From positions 51,276,001 through 51,340,000 of the forward strand of contig NC_086108.1 of assembly GCF_963921235.1 (NCBI RefSeq): 64,000 bases of DNA. The letters are read 5' to 3'. The stretch is from Mobula hypostoma (lineage: Eukaryota). The notes under the pieces are model-generated. The model made no database searches and was not told where the DNA came from. It saw only the letters and a program-made list of their open reading frames with translations. This document shows positions 24,099 through 35,600 of the stretch, piece after piece. Every line of letters starts with the position of its first letter. Positions within the stretch are counted from its first letter, which is position 1. Made by a program: the position numbers and the translations under genes.

Positions 24099-24327
24099 GG
24101 GAGGAGTATGGTGGGCTCTGGTCCAGGCAGGTCGACAGCACTAGGCTAATTCATAGTTGGGCATGGATCAGATGGCTGAAGGGCCTGTTTCTGTGCTGTA
24201 GTAGTCTATGACTCTATGATTTAGCAATATAGCATATGGTGGATTATGAATTACATCCATCTCTAATCCCAAACAAACAAAGGTTGTAAGATTACCTGGT
24301 AATCATGAACTGCATATTTGATAACCA

Positions 24328-24810
24328 AGTGGGGACCAAAGGTGCACTCAGCTCTCCCCTGTGGCTCCCCGTAGCTGTTTGCATGCGACAGTGGCCACAC
24401 CCCGGGCAACGGCTTTGACAAGCCGGCTAAACCAGGTGAGGGTAGCCGACGGGTCTTAAACCCTCGGTGAGATAGGGAGTTGTCTATCCCAGCATGTGAA
24501 GACAGACTCCGGCAGATTGAGCGGACAAGACCAATGGAGGGTCCAACGGTCAAGAAGGCGGTCTCTGCAACCTTCGTGGAACATGTAGAGCACGACAAGA
24601 CACAGAAGATGTCCTGGTCATCCACTGCACCTAGTCCCATCTCCAGCCGTCTCGACTCTGTCTTGCCACTGGATCCAGATGGGAATTGGGAAGAGAGAGT
24701 GAGGCTGACGCTGCGCAACTCTCCCTCACTTAAATCCAAATCACGCGCTAGTCTCAACACCATCATAATGGTGTCGAGGTCCTCATCGACGTCAACGATG
24801 GACGAACAAC
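24328..24810 (+). mobile_element. Short non-autonomous retroposon (probably RTE-derived)
   Basis: 10-bp TSD TTGATAACCA (24318-24327, 24811-24820); CpG-rich; short (AAC)n tail; no pol III box A/B recognised; the RTE affinity is an inference. Confidence 0.7.
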
Positions 24811-25159
24811 TTGATAACCACATAACAACAGCTAATTGTTAATTCAATAAAATCTTGCTGAAGGGCCTTACAATTTGTCATAATATGGTTTGGTGGAGCA
24901 ACATGTAGAGATGTAGAGAACTGACTGATCCTCAGTACAGGAAAGTTTACTGCTACTGGTAGAAAATATGGGATTGATTTAAATATTCAATAACAAGTCT
25001 CTTCTGTGAAAAAAAAGGAGATTAGGTGGTTAAGGGAATTATAGCAGCATACTAATTTTATTGCTTTTACTGTGAATGATCAGTATTTGGTGTGGTTTAT
25101 GATGTCGGCTGCAAAAGAACAACCACAAAACAAAGCCCAGGGCAACATCATTTGAATTC

Positions 25160-26085
25160 TCTGATGTATTGTTCTTATGTTATTTGTGCAAAGATCAAGT
25201 ATGGATCAGAGCTGGCATTACAGGTGTTCATAATCCATATCAATAATCTGATTGAGGGATGTGTCATCAAAAAGCTGGGTAGAATTATGGGTTGTGAGGA
25301 GGATTCAGAGAAGTTTCAAGAGGTAACAGACAATTCAAGTGGATGGGTGAGGACTGGGCTGATGGAACATAATGCAGAAAAGCATAAGATCGCCCACTTT
25401 GGTGGAGAAAATGAAAATATAATTTATTTTTTAAATAATGAGAATCTGAAGGGTGTAGGTATTCAGAGAGACCTGCATATCCTTGTTCTTGAATCACTGA
25501 AAGTTAACATGCAGGTTCAGCATGCAGCTGGAGGGAAAGCTGTGTATTTGTCACTTGAGTACATGTTGCAAGACATCTTCAATTATATGGAGCTCTTGTG
25601 AGACCACATGTGGAATTTGCATACAGCTTTAATCTTCCCATTTGATGAAGAATATACTTGTGTATAAAGGAACTAAGGCAAGTGTACATCTGATTAATTT
25701 GTGGAATGTCAGGTTTGTCCTATGAAAAGAATTTTGGCAGACAAGGCCTGTATTCAGTAGAATTCAAAGAAATGTGATGCAATCTCAATGAAAGATATAA
25801 AATTCTGTACAAACTTGACAAGTGGAGATGCAGAGATGACATTTCCTCTTTTGGTGGAGTCCAGACCCGGAAGTCAGAAGCTTAACAGATGGGATTGACA
25901 GTTCAGAGCTGGCACGAACTGAAATTCTTTTAAAGGTGGATAGTGAAACTTATAAAATGGAGACTTAGTCACTTGGAATATTCTTAATTTTTTGGATATT
26001 AAAGAAACAGGAATATAGTTATTGAATGACTGAGTAGGGGCAAGAGGTCAAATATTTTTCTTTTTCTATTCCGTATGTTCTTTGC
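25160..26085 (+). mobile_element. Highly degraded CR1 3' portion
   Basis: HFGGEN, QRDLHILVLESLKVNMQVQHA remnants. Confidence 0.6.
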
Positions 26086-26147
26086 TCTCTCAAGAGAGAG
26101 GATAAATACCTAACCACATCTGATTTACAACCCGTTTGGATATCAAT

Positions 26148-26520
26148 CACACATACAAAATGCTGGAAGAACTCAACAGGCCAGGCAGCACTCATGTGTT
26201 CCCAAGTACGCCTGCCTTTTTGTCGGCTACGTGGAACAGTCTATGTTTGAAACCTATACTGGTGTCTGTCCCCCACTTTTCCTACACTACATCGATGTCT
26301 GCATTGGTGCTGCTTCCTGCTTGTCAACTTCATCAACTTTGCCTTCAACTTCCACCCTGCCCTCAAATTTACCTGGTCCATTTCCAACAGTTTCCTCCCC
26401 TTTCTCGATGTTTCAGTCTCTATCTATGAGACAGCTTATCTGCTGATGTCTGTTATAAACCCTCAGACTCTCACAGCTACCCGGACTATACCTCTTCCCA
26501 CCCTGTTACTTCCCACCCTG
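26148..26520 (+). mobile_element. Penelope-like RT fragment with a short inverted terminal piece
   Basis: PKYACLFVGYVEQSMF...LFLHYIDV (degenerate RYIDD motif), preceded by acacatacaaaatgctggaagaactc in the opposite orientation. Confidence 0.72.
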
Positions 26521-26569
26521 AACAGTTTCCTGCTCCCTAAAATTGTCCGAAGTTAGACTGTACGTATGT

Positions 26570-27915
26570 CAGACATCCCACCCTGCAAAAAGTCATTTCA
26601 GGGAGGTATCACCACCATATCAGGGAGGTAGCAACCCCACCCCCCGCAACCCCATATCCCTCCCCACCCCGTCGACCTCCAAGGGTGTATGTAATACTTT
26701 GTTTAGTGATTTTGTCTAATCTGTAAACCAAGTTGGGTATATGCAGAAAATGTGACATTAAAATATGTACTTATATTATCATGTTTATTCTATTACAACT
26801 GTAAGCAAGTCTACAGGGAATTTGGCCTCATCACGTAGGACATCAATAGCGTAGTTCCTTAGCAGCTAGCCAGCTAGTTTAAATAACGTTAGCTATGCTA
26901 ATGAACGAATGACACCTGTTAAACTCACCTCAACATGTCTTTTACATTTTATCCCACCATGGACAATAGAAAAGTCACTGTTTCAAACAGAGCAGCGAGC
27001 AACACTGTCATTATTTTTGAGGACAACTGTAAAGCCCGCCCACAGAAAACTGATAGGTCTACTTAGCAGGGGTCCCCAACATTTTTTGCACCGCAGACCA
27101 GTTTAATATTGACAACATTCTTGCGGACCGGCCGATCGGGGGGTGCGGGGTAGGTGTTAATCACAACCGGAATATAGGTGATCTGTCAATTATAAGTCAA
27201 TACCATTTTAAGTAACGTTTGGATATTAAACACACAGTGCTTATTTCCTTGTACGAACATATAAAATCATTGCAACACACCAATATCGCTGTATCAGTGG
27301 GAGCCTTGGGCTTGTTTTCCTGCAACAAGATGGTCCCGTAGAGGGGTGATGGGAGACAGTGACACTCGAAGGGGGTTCCTGATGTCCAGTCTATTCTGAA
27401 ATTTAGTTTTCGTTGCATTCATTGCAGAAAACTCCGCTTAGCAGCAATATGATGTTGGAAATGGAAGCAGCGTTTTCAGCGCTTTCATGGCTATCTCAGG
27501 ATATTTAGCCTTGACTTTGATCCAGAATGCCGGCAGAGATGTTATGTCAAACATACTTCTCAGCCCACTGTCATTTGCAAGCTCGAGAAGTTGATCTCCT
27601 TCCCGCGCTGACATGGATAACGCGTGGGTAATGACCTCACATGCGTTCAAGCTCAACAGTGCGTGACAGGGAATGAGGAAAGGTGCCGCTGACTCATCTC
27701 ATTTCATATCGCCAAATCATACAGTTCCCTCGCGGCCCAGTGGATGGGGACCACTCTTAGCACGAAGAGAGACCAATCAGGATGCTCGCTCTCCCTCTCC
27801 CTCTCTTTCTCAAAAAAATCTATTTCCGGGATATTGTATATAATTTCCGGGCATCAGGGAGCCACTGTCGATATGCGGGAGACTCCCGGAACTTCCGGGA
27901 GAGGTGGGATGTCTG
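26570..27915. mobile_element. MITE with 12-bp TIR CAGACATCCCAC and 6-bp TSD (copy 2), containing a nested hAT element
   Basis: TSD GTATGT at 26564-26569 and 27916-27921. Confidence 0.9.
27067..27755 (-). mobile_element. Deleted hAT (Charlie/Buster-type) transposon
   Basis: TIRs CAGGGGTCCCCAAC...GATGGGGACCACT; hAT dimerisation-domain remnant FWIKVKAKYPEIAMKALKTLLPFPTSY; CTTAG duplicated at the flanks (the expected 8-bp TSD appears eroded). Confidence 0.85.
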
Positions 27916-28094
27916 GTATGTGAAGTACTGAATAGTGCGCGGTTCTGGTTATCAAATCTGAGGAGGGGCATTGGGCTTGAGAATACCTTTACTGGAATAA
28001 TACTTGGATTCCAGGAATTAAATCAAGAGGGAAATCATGGAAACTTTGGTACTATTCCCTGAAATTGAGGTGACAGGGTGATCTGATTGAGGAA

Positions 28095-30092
28095 ATGATG
28101 AGGGTGATGCATAGAGTTGGGAGTAATGTATTAGCATGGATAGAGGTTTGGTTAATTAATAGAAAGCAGAGAGTTGGGATACATGGGTGTTACTTTGGTT
28201 GGCAATCAGTGGTGAGTGGTGCCGTGGTGTTGGTGCTGGGCCCACAACCGTTCACGATACACATTAACAATCTGGAACAGGGACTAAGTGTAGTATATCT
28301 AAGTTTGCTGATGACACTAAATTGAGTGGAAAAGCAAATTGTCCAGAGGATATAGAGAGTCTGTAGAGAGATATAGATAAGATAAATGAGTGGGCAAGGG
28401 TCTGGCAGATGGAGTACAATGTTGGTAAATGCAAGGCCTCCACTTTGGAAGGGAAAACGAAAGATCAGATTATCATTTAAATGGTAAAAGTTTGCAGCAT
28501 GCTGTTGTGCAGAGGGACTCGGGAGTGTGTGTACATAAATTGCAAAAGGTTAGTTTGCAGGTGCAGCAGGCTATCAAGAAAGCAAATAGAATGTTGGCCT
28601 TCATTGCTAGAGGGATTGAATTTAAGAGCAGGGAGGCTATGCTGCAACTGTATAGGGTACTGATCCGGAGTACTGCATGCAAGTCTGGTTTCCTTACTGG
28701 AGGAATTATATACTGGCTTTGGAGGCGGTGCAGAGGAGGTTCACCAGGATGATTCCAGAGATACGGGGTTTAGACTGTTACGTACCCTGTAACTGGGTTG
28801 CCAAACCAGCAGAAATGGATCACTCAGTTGGAGTCTGGATTACTAGATCTAAGAAAGTTTTATTAAAGAAACAAGCAACACAGTAATCGAAAGGATAATA
28901 AATGCAACAGCTCAGCAATGATAAACACACATGTGCACAGAATTTAGATAACAGGATCAATCAAGCTCTATCGTTGTCTAGGGGTAAATGACCAATTTCA
29001 AAGTGACACAAAGTCCAGTTCAATTTAGTTCAGTTCGCAGTAATTGTTGCTGTGGCGATGGACAATGTGGGGGGAAGGAGAGAGAGAACAAGAACGAATA
29101 ATCATTCAGAACGGCTTCCACACACAGACCTGCGATATTGCTCACAAGCAGCTTTCGGGCGAGTCCTTTGTGATGTCACCTGAGGTCACCGACTGTGACC
29201 CCTCCTCCAGATGCGGTCGATCCTCTGCAGTGAACCTGGCACCCAAGCAAGGGTGGACACACACCGGGTTCCTGCTGATCGTACCTTTCCACCCTGTGCG
29301 TCTATGGCTTGGTTCCGCAACCAGCCTTCCAAAACGACTCCCGCCGACTTGCGGGGGGGGCACCGCTTCCAGGGTCTCGTTACCTCGTGGTGTCGTGTGT
29401 GTCCTGCCTTAGCGAACCTGTCCCTTTTTATCCCCCTGCTGGGGTATCGCCTGTCCATCACTTCAAACAGTTCAGAGTTCAAAGGGGGAGCCGCTCTAGA
29501 CAGCTCTCTCTCCCGTCCCTTCATTACACATCTCCAAATGCTGCTCCATTGTCTTCCTTATCTCTCTCTCTCCCGAAGACAGGTGGCAGACCAACTGCTG
29601 ATCACACAGGACAGCTAACATCTATGTGTCTTCTTGTCACAAGACTATGAGGAGAGATTGCGTCACCTGGGACTGTACTCGCCGGAATTCAGAAGGATAA
29701 GACGAGATCTTATAGAAACATATAAAATTGTGAAAGGGATAGATAAGATAGAAGAAGGAAAGTTGATTCCACTAGCAGATGAGACTAGAACTAGAGGACA
29801 TAGCCTTGGGGGAGTAGATTTAGGACGGAGATGAGGGGAAAAACTGCTTTTCCCAGAGAGTAGTGATTCTGTGGAATTCTCTACCCAATGAAGCAGTGGA
29901 GGCTACCTCAGTAAATATATTTAAGACAAGGTTGGATAAATTTTTGCATAATAGGGGAATTAGGGGTTATGGGGGAAAGGCAGGTAGGTGGAGATGTCCA
30001 TGGCCAGATCAGCCATGATCTTATTGAAAGATGGAGCAGGCTCAATGGGCCAGATGGCCTACTCCTGCTCCTATTTCTTATGTTCTTATGTG
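28095..30092 (+). mobile_element. CR1 LINE 3' portion split by a solo LTR
   Basis: QVQQAIKKANRMLAFIARG, LEAVQRRFTRMIP|YEERLRHLGLYS; tail ttatgttcttatg. Confidence 0.85.
28776..29641 (-). mobile_element. Solo LTR with 4-bp TSD
   Basis: TGT...ACA termini; TSD AGAC (28772-28775, 29642-29645); AATAAA on the minus strand near 28860; CR1 reading frame resumes across it. Confidence 0.88.
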
Positions 30093-31074
30093 GTAGCTGG
30101 AGCTCTAGGGCAGAGCCTATGAAAACCAGGTCATATAGGAATGAAGCTGGGAAATACTTCTACAAATAGAACTTAGTGGAAATTTGAATCCCTAAGTTAT
30201 AGTTAGCAGAAAATGATTGGTCACTTGTTAAATATTAAATCCAAAGTTGATTGGTTTTTATTTATCAAAAGTATTCAGGGAAGTGAGGTATTGAACAGAA
30301 TTAGGTTACAGATCCGCTATGATCTTATTGGAATAGGCTCTAAGGTCGAAACATCTTATCCATGTTCCTATATTCCAAACTCTCCCAGAAGCTTTCTCAC
30401 ATAATACCACTAAACCTTCTTTTATTTTGTTTCTACGCTCACTCATTCATCTTTTCCAAGAGATCTATCTCATGCTTTCTCAGATTGCTTCTTGTGAAAC
30501 CCCAAGTCACTCAACTTCTCCTTTTAGCCTTCATTCCAATTAGCGTTATAAATAGTCTAACTTCTCAGCCAGTCTATATTTTATTTATGGTTACCTGCTT
30601 CTAAACAAACCCAACTTTTAATTCATCTACATTTCCAAGGACTTTGTGTCCTTTCATCCCTCACTTTCTGTCTTGAACCACTCTGATCAGCATGGGCCAG
30701 TCTTCCTACAGCACTCTATTAGTGCAGATAATCTCTGTGAAACTGACCTGCAGTTCTTAGAAAGGTTTCTGGTAGCAGAAACAAAATAAACAGCAGGAGC
30801 GGGTGTCAGCTATTCGGCCCTTTTTGTCTGCTCAGTTTGCTCAGATCACAGTTATTTTTCTACTTCAGCAGTGCATTCCTATCGGAGCCTCATATCACTC
30901 TATGCCTTAATTTTTGTAATACCAGCCGTAAAGCCTCTCTTCCATTTTGATTTGAACTTATACAGCCAGAGAATCTCCGATAATGATTTATGTTCTAGTG
31001 GTCATTTTTGCTTCTCATCCAGATGTAGCTCATTGGTGACACTATCTGCAACACAGGCCCAGTGTTCATTTATG

Positions 31075-31480
31075 CTTTATACTTTATACTCTATACTTTA
31101 TTGTCACCAGACAATTGATTCTAGAACGTACAATCATCATAGCGATATTTGATTCTGCGCTTCCCGCTCCCTGGATTACAAATTGATAGTAAATATTAAA
31201 AATTTAAATTATAAATCATAAATAGAAAATATAAAAATGGAAAGTAAGGTAGTGCAAAAAAGCTGAGATGCAGGTCTGGATATTTGGAAGGTACGGCCCA
31301 GATCCGTGTCAGGATCCGTTCAGCAGTCTTATCACAGTTGGAAAGAAGCTGTTCCCAAGTCTGGCCGTACGAGTCTTCAAGCTCCTGAGCCTTCTCCCGG
31401 AGGGAAGAGGGACGAAAAGTGTGTTGGCTGGGTGGGTCGTGTCCTTGATTATCCTGGCAACACTGCTCTGACAGTGTGCG
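31075..31480 (-). mobile_element. Rex1/Babar-type 3' fragment
   Basis: ARIIKDTTHPANTLFVPLPSGRRLRSLKTRTARLGNSFFP. Confidence 0.78.
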
Positions 31481-32544
31481 ATGTCATTCTCCATATTTAT
31501 ATATAGAGAATGTCTGTTTGTACCTTTTAACTACTTTGCTTATTTTCTCCAACTGTGCCTACTTTCTCATATTGTTTCTCTGATATCCAACATTGAAATA
31601 TCATTTCCTCCAGCGAACGAATGGAAGGACAAAACATTGCCCCTACCATAAACTCGGTAACAACTACTTCATATTTAACAGTCCATAGCTCCATAGCTTC
31701 AGGGTCCAGTTTCGCCTCAAAATGATTCTCATCTGACTCTCCAGCCCTATATAGTGTCCAACATAGGAATAGCTTTCTTCTGTTGCCTTAAATTGTTCAC
31801 ATCTGCCTTTACTTCAGTCAATCTGCATTCGAGGTTTACATCAGCTTGATTGCGTCTTCTAAGTAAGAGGAGTTATAATATGGTACAGTGATGCAGCTTT
31901 TACTGGTCCAGAGACCAGGGTCCAACCTTGACCTTGAGTTCTTTCTGTGTAGAGGTTGCATTTTCTCACTGCAGTCATGTGGTTTTCCACCAGAACGATT
32001 CCCCATCATATCTTATGCAGGTAAATTAATTGGCCAATGAAAGTTACTCCCAGACACCTGTGGTAACATAGAACTATCAAACCATTAAACACCGTAATTG
32101 ATTTTTCTGTATCTGTAATTCAGGAATCAAGGGCTTCTAAATTTTAATTCTCCTTGGTACCTTTGGCGACAAAAATGACACAGGGTATCTTGAATGCATC
32201 TAGAATGATAACTACATTTTTTGAGGGGGAGCATAGTTACATTCTGAATTCATAATGGGAGGAAAGCAAGACTGATTTAAACAGGTCCTGTTTCAGTTTT
32301 CACTCTATTCTATCCAATATTTGATGTCAGGTTCAGGGTGACAGTATCCTTACTCTGCATTCATACCCATGTGTCTAAATACAAAATTGTATGAATATTT
32401 ATTATACCATCCATAATATTTAAGATGAAAACTGCAAAACAGGTTGAAGCGTGAAAAGAATGCTGATAGTATTGTGAATTTGGAAAAGGTATGAATAAGT
32501 TCATAAAATAAGCATTCAACTTTTCCCCACCAATGAGTAGAAGC

Positions 32545-32830
32545 TTTAGTTAGAGCCTTCAGCATTTTGGGCATCGAGGGAGAGAGGAAGAGGAGAGCCA
32601 TCCGCAGTACCAACGATGTGGTAGGGAGGGCCTCAAGGTGGCTGTGGCTCAAGAGAGGGGAGCCATGGAGTCATAAGTAGCTAGCCATCTGGACACAAGC
32701 TGGGGTCTGATCTGCCCCGGCTGGGTCACCTGGAGGAAGTTGTATGATGTTGAGGGACCTGAAACACCCGATGATTCCAGGAACATCACTGAAGATGTGT
32801 CCAGAAGCATCAATAGATGTATGTACACAG
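32545..32830 (+). mobile_element. HERO-clade non-LTR element, extreme 3' fragment
   Basis: ILGIEGERKRRAI...ASRWLWLKRGEPW and a 3' UTR homologous to 58088-58230. Confidence 0.75.
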
Positions 32831-34807
32831 CCAATTCTTTTGCATTTATTACAGCCAGTAATTTCCTGGATAACATCAAGTTCAATCTTGTAGCCATATC
32901 TAGAGAATTCATCTAGATTTGCTGGTATTACATCTGAACTATTCTTTCCACAAAATTAGTCATTGATTTGCTTCTAACTCTCATAGTATTGAAATAATTT
33001 AGCTGAGGGAGCAGTTCAATTTGAGACAAGGACTGAAGAATTTTACTTGGGCAGAGATCAGTTCAGTTTACAAAGATGTAAAAGAGTTATATGAATATAT
33101 GAAATTTATAATGTGCTGTATAATATTGAATAATTCCCAAAATATATAAAAATCAAAACATTGCTGATGTTGTAAATCTGAAACAAAACAGAAAATGTGG
33201 AACGTTGTCTGCTTCTTATTCCACAAATGCTGCCTGACTTGTATTTCCAGCATTTTCTGCTCTTCATTGCAAAGAATATATATTCTTATATTGGCAATAT
33301 ATACAAATATATTTCTTGCTGAAATGACCCCAGTGTTTGGAGTTTTTATCTGTAATCCAATGTACTCACACTGTTCATCGCAGAGGGTCAGTCCTTGAGG
33401 ATGGTGAAATGCTGTATAATAATAGCCAACTAAGGTGTTGATCTTTCTGTTCCATCAAAGCAATAAATGATTTCAACAGTTCTAAATGTCTCTGCCATCA
33501 AATGTTTAAAAACATTACTTGTAAAACAAATTATTTTAAAAAGTTAAAAATTTAAATTTAAAATACATAAATCAAAAAATAAATTACAAACATTAAATGG
33601 GAGAAAAGTAATTTTAAAAGGACTACTTATTCAGAGATTTACTGAACTCTCAATGGTTAGCAGTCAGTGGCTCATATGGGAACCAATAACTCAAACTGAT
33701 AAGATTCATCTTATTCCCTAACTTTGCTAGTGGCCAAGGAAAGCTTGGGTGTATTTCACAATATGTAGCATGTAATGGAGGCCAAATTCCACTTCCAAAT
33801 TAAAAATGTCTAGAAAAGGTCCTCAGGACTGTTAAAGTTATAGATAATATTTCTGAGTAATTTTATTGTTAGATTAAATATATTGGCATTATTACTTCTT
33901 TAATTCAATTCTGTAACCTGTATATCTTGTGTTTTTGCATGTGCTGATAATATTTTGAGAGTTAACTCTTCTTATTGCTACATAAAAAAGTGATCCTGCC
34001 AATGTCTCTATTGGTTTAGCTTATAAAAATATAGATGGTTTGTAATCATGACAACTTTATTACCTACAATCCCCCCACCAAAAGTATAAAAGTGGCAGGA
34101 ATGCCTTCTGATAATTGCAAATTGCATTAGACTGTGAATACTGTGCATTTACTGTGAATAAAACAAAGATGTCATTATTTTTGGAGAGAGCAGAGATATT
34201 ACTTGGAGGAACTCTGTATAATTCTTGAGCTCATTTCCAAGATATTTTCTGACATACAATTTTGCAAAATAGTTGATTGTCCTTAATTAGGTCAGTGCTA
34301 TTAAAAGCAATTTAGATTGACATGTTATAGTGGGGATCTTGAAGGGAAGACAGATAGGGTCCTAAAGCCAGCCTGAAGTCTGCTTAGGTCCTCACAGAAC
34401 CAGGTTCATAGGCGTTTTGAGAGTCTGCTTCTGCATAAATGGCTGCAAAAGCACAAGTGTTAAGTGTAGGTTCCAAACTTCTGCTAGACCCCATTCAATG
34501 CCTTTGTGCTTCTCCAGTGCTTTAGAGCGCCAGGCATTCATATGACCTGAAATAAAATTGCATAACACATGAAGTACACAGTTTTCAGATCTATTTCATT
34601 TTACATTTATATTAGATATTTTAATTCACAAAAAAACTACTCAGCTACAATGTATGTCGAGACAGATGTTAGATATCCAAAACCAAATATGTTATTCTTA
34701 CAGAAAATATTTCACAGATGAAATAGGACGTTCATATTCATTTCAGAAACAGTGATAAGAAGAGCACAGTAATGTTCCATGTGGACATGTTAATTTATAC
34801 ATTCATA

Positions 34808-35600
34808 AGATCAGAATCAGAGTCATAATCGGGTTTATTATTACTGACATATGTCATGAAATTTGCTATTTTGTGCCAACAATACAGTGCAAGACATAAC
34901 AATTACTATAAATTACAAAAATAAATCAATAAGTTGTTCAAAAAAAGGAATAGTAAGTTGGTTCATGGACTATTCAGAAATCTAATGACAGAGGAGAATT
35001 CTTATTATGTTAATTGTGGATCTTTAGGCTCCTTGATGGTGAAATGAGAAGAGGGCATGTCCCAGATGGTGAGACTCCTCACTAATGGATGCTACCTTCT
35101 TAAGGCACCACATTTTGAAGATGTCCACGATGAAGGGGAGACTTGTGCCTGTGATGGAGCTGGCTGAATCTACAAGACTATGGACCCTCTTTTGATACTG
35201 TGCGTTGGAGTCTCCATGCCAGACAGTGATGCAACCAGTCAGCAGCCTCTCCACTGTACAATGGTAGAAATCTGCTAGAATCATTGCTGACCTACTAAAT
35301 CTCCTCAAATTGCTAATGAAATAGAGCCACTGGCACACCTCCTTCATGATTTTATCAGCATGTTAGGCCCAGTATAGATCCTCTGAGGTGATCATGCCCA
35401 GGAACTTGAAGCTGCTCACCTTTTCCACCGCTGACCCCTCAGTGAGTACTGGTGTATATTCTTCTGACTTCCCTTTCCTGAAGTCCAGAATCAATTCCTT
35501 TTTCCAACTGATGTTGAGCAGTAGGCTAAATATGCATCCTTTAGGTGCGCTGATGTTGATTATCAACGAGGAGGAGATGATGTTACTGATTTGCAGTGAC
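34808..35600 (-). mobile_element. Rex1/Babar-type LINE 3' portion
   Basis: KELILDFRKG, SSFKFLG, LLTGCITVWHG; (AGAATC)n tail on the plus strand. Confidence 0.8.

Larger units (their letters stand above)
19290..24220 (+). mobile_element. Degenerate CR1 LINE ORF2 with three nested retroelements
   Basis: APE/RT motifs (AISETW, SSDHDAISF, MDFSKTFD, VTSGVPQG..L.PLLFVIYINDL) and octamer-type tail ctatgactctatga near 24207-24219. Confidence 0.85.

Noticed and set aside
24263..24842. 186-aa and 120-aa antiparallel ORFs
   Set aside because: They cross the TSD boundaries of a GC-rich retroposon and show no recognisable domain
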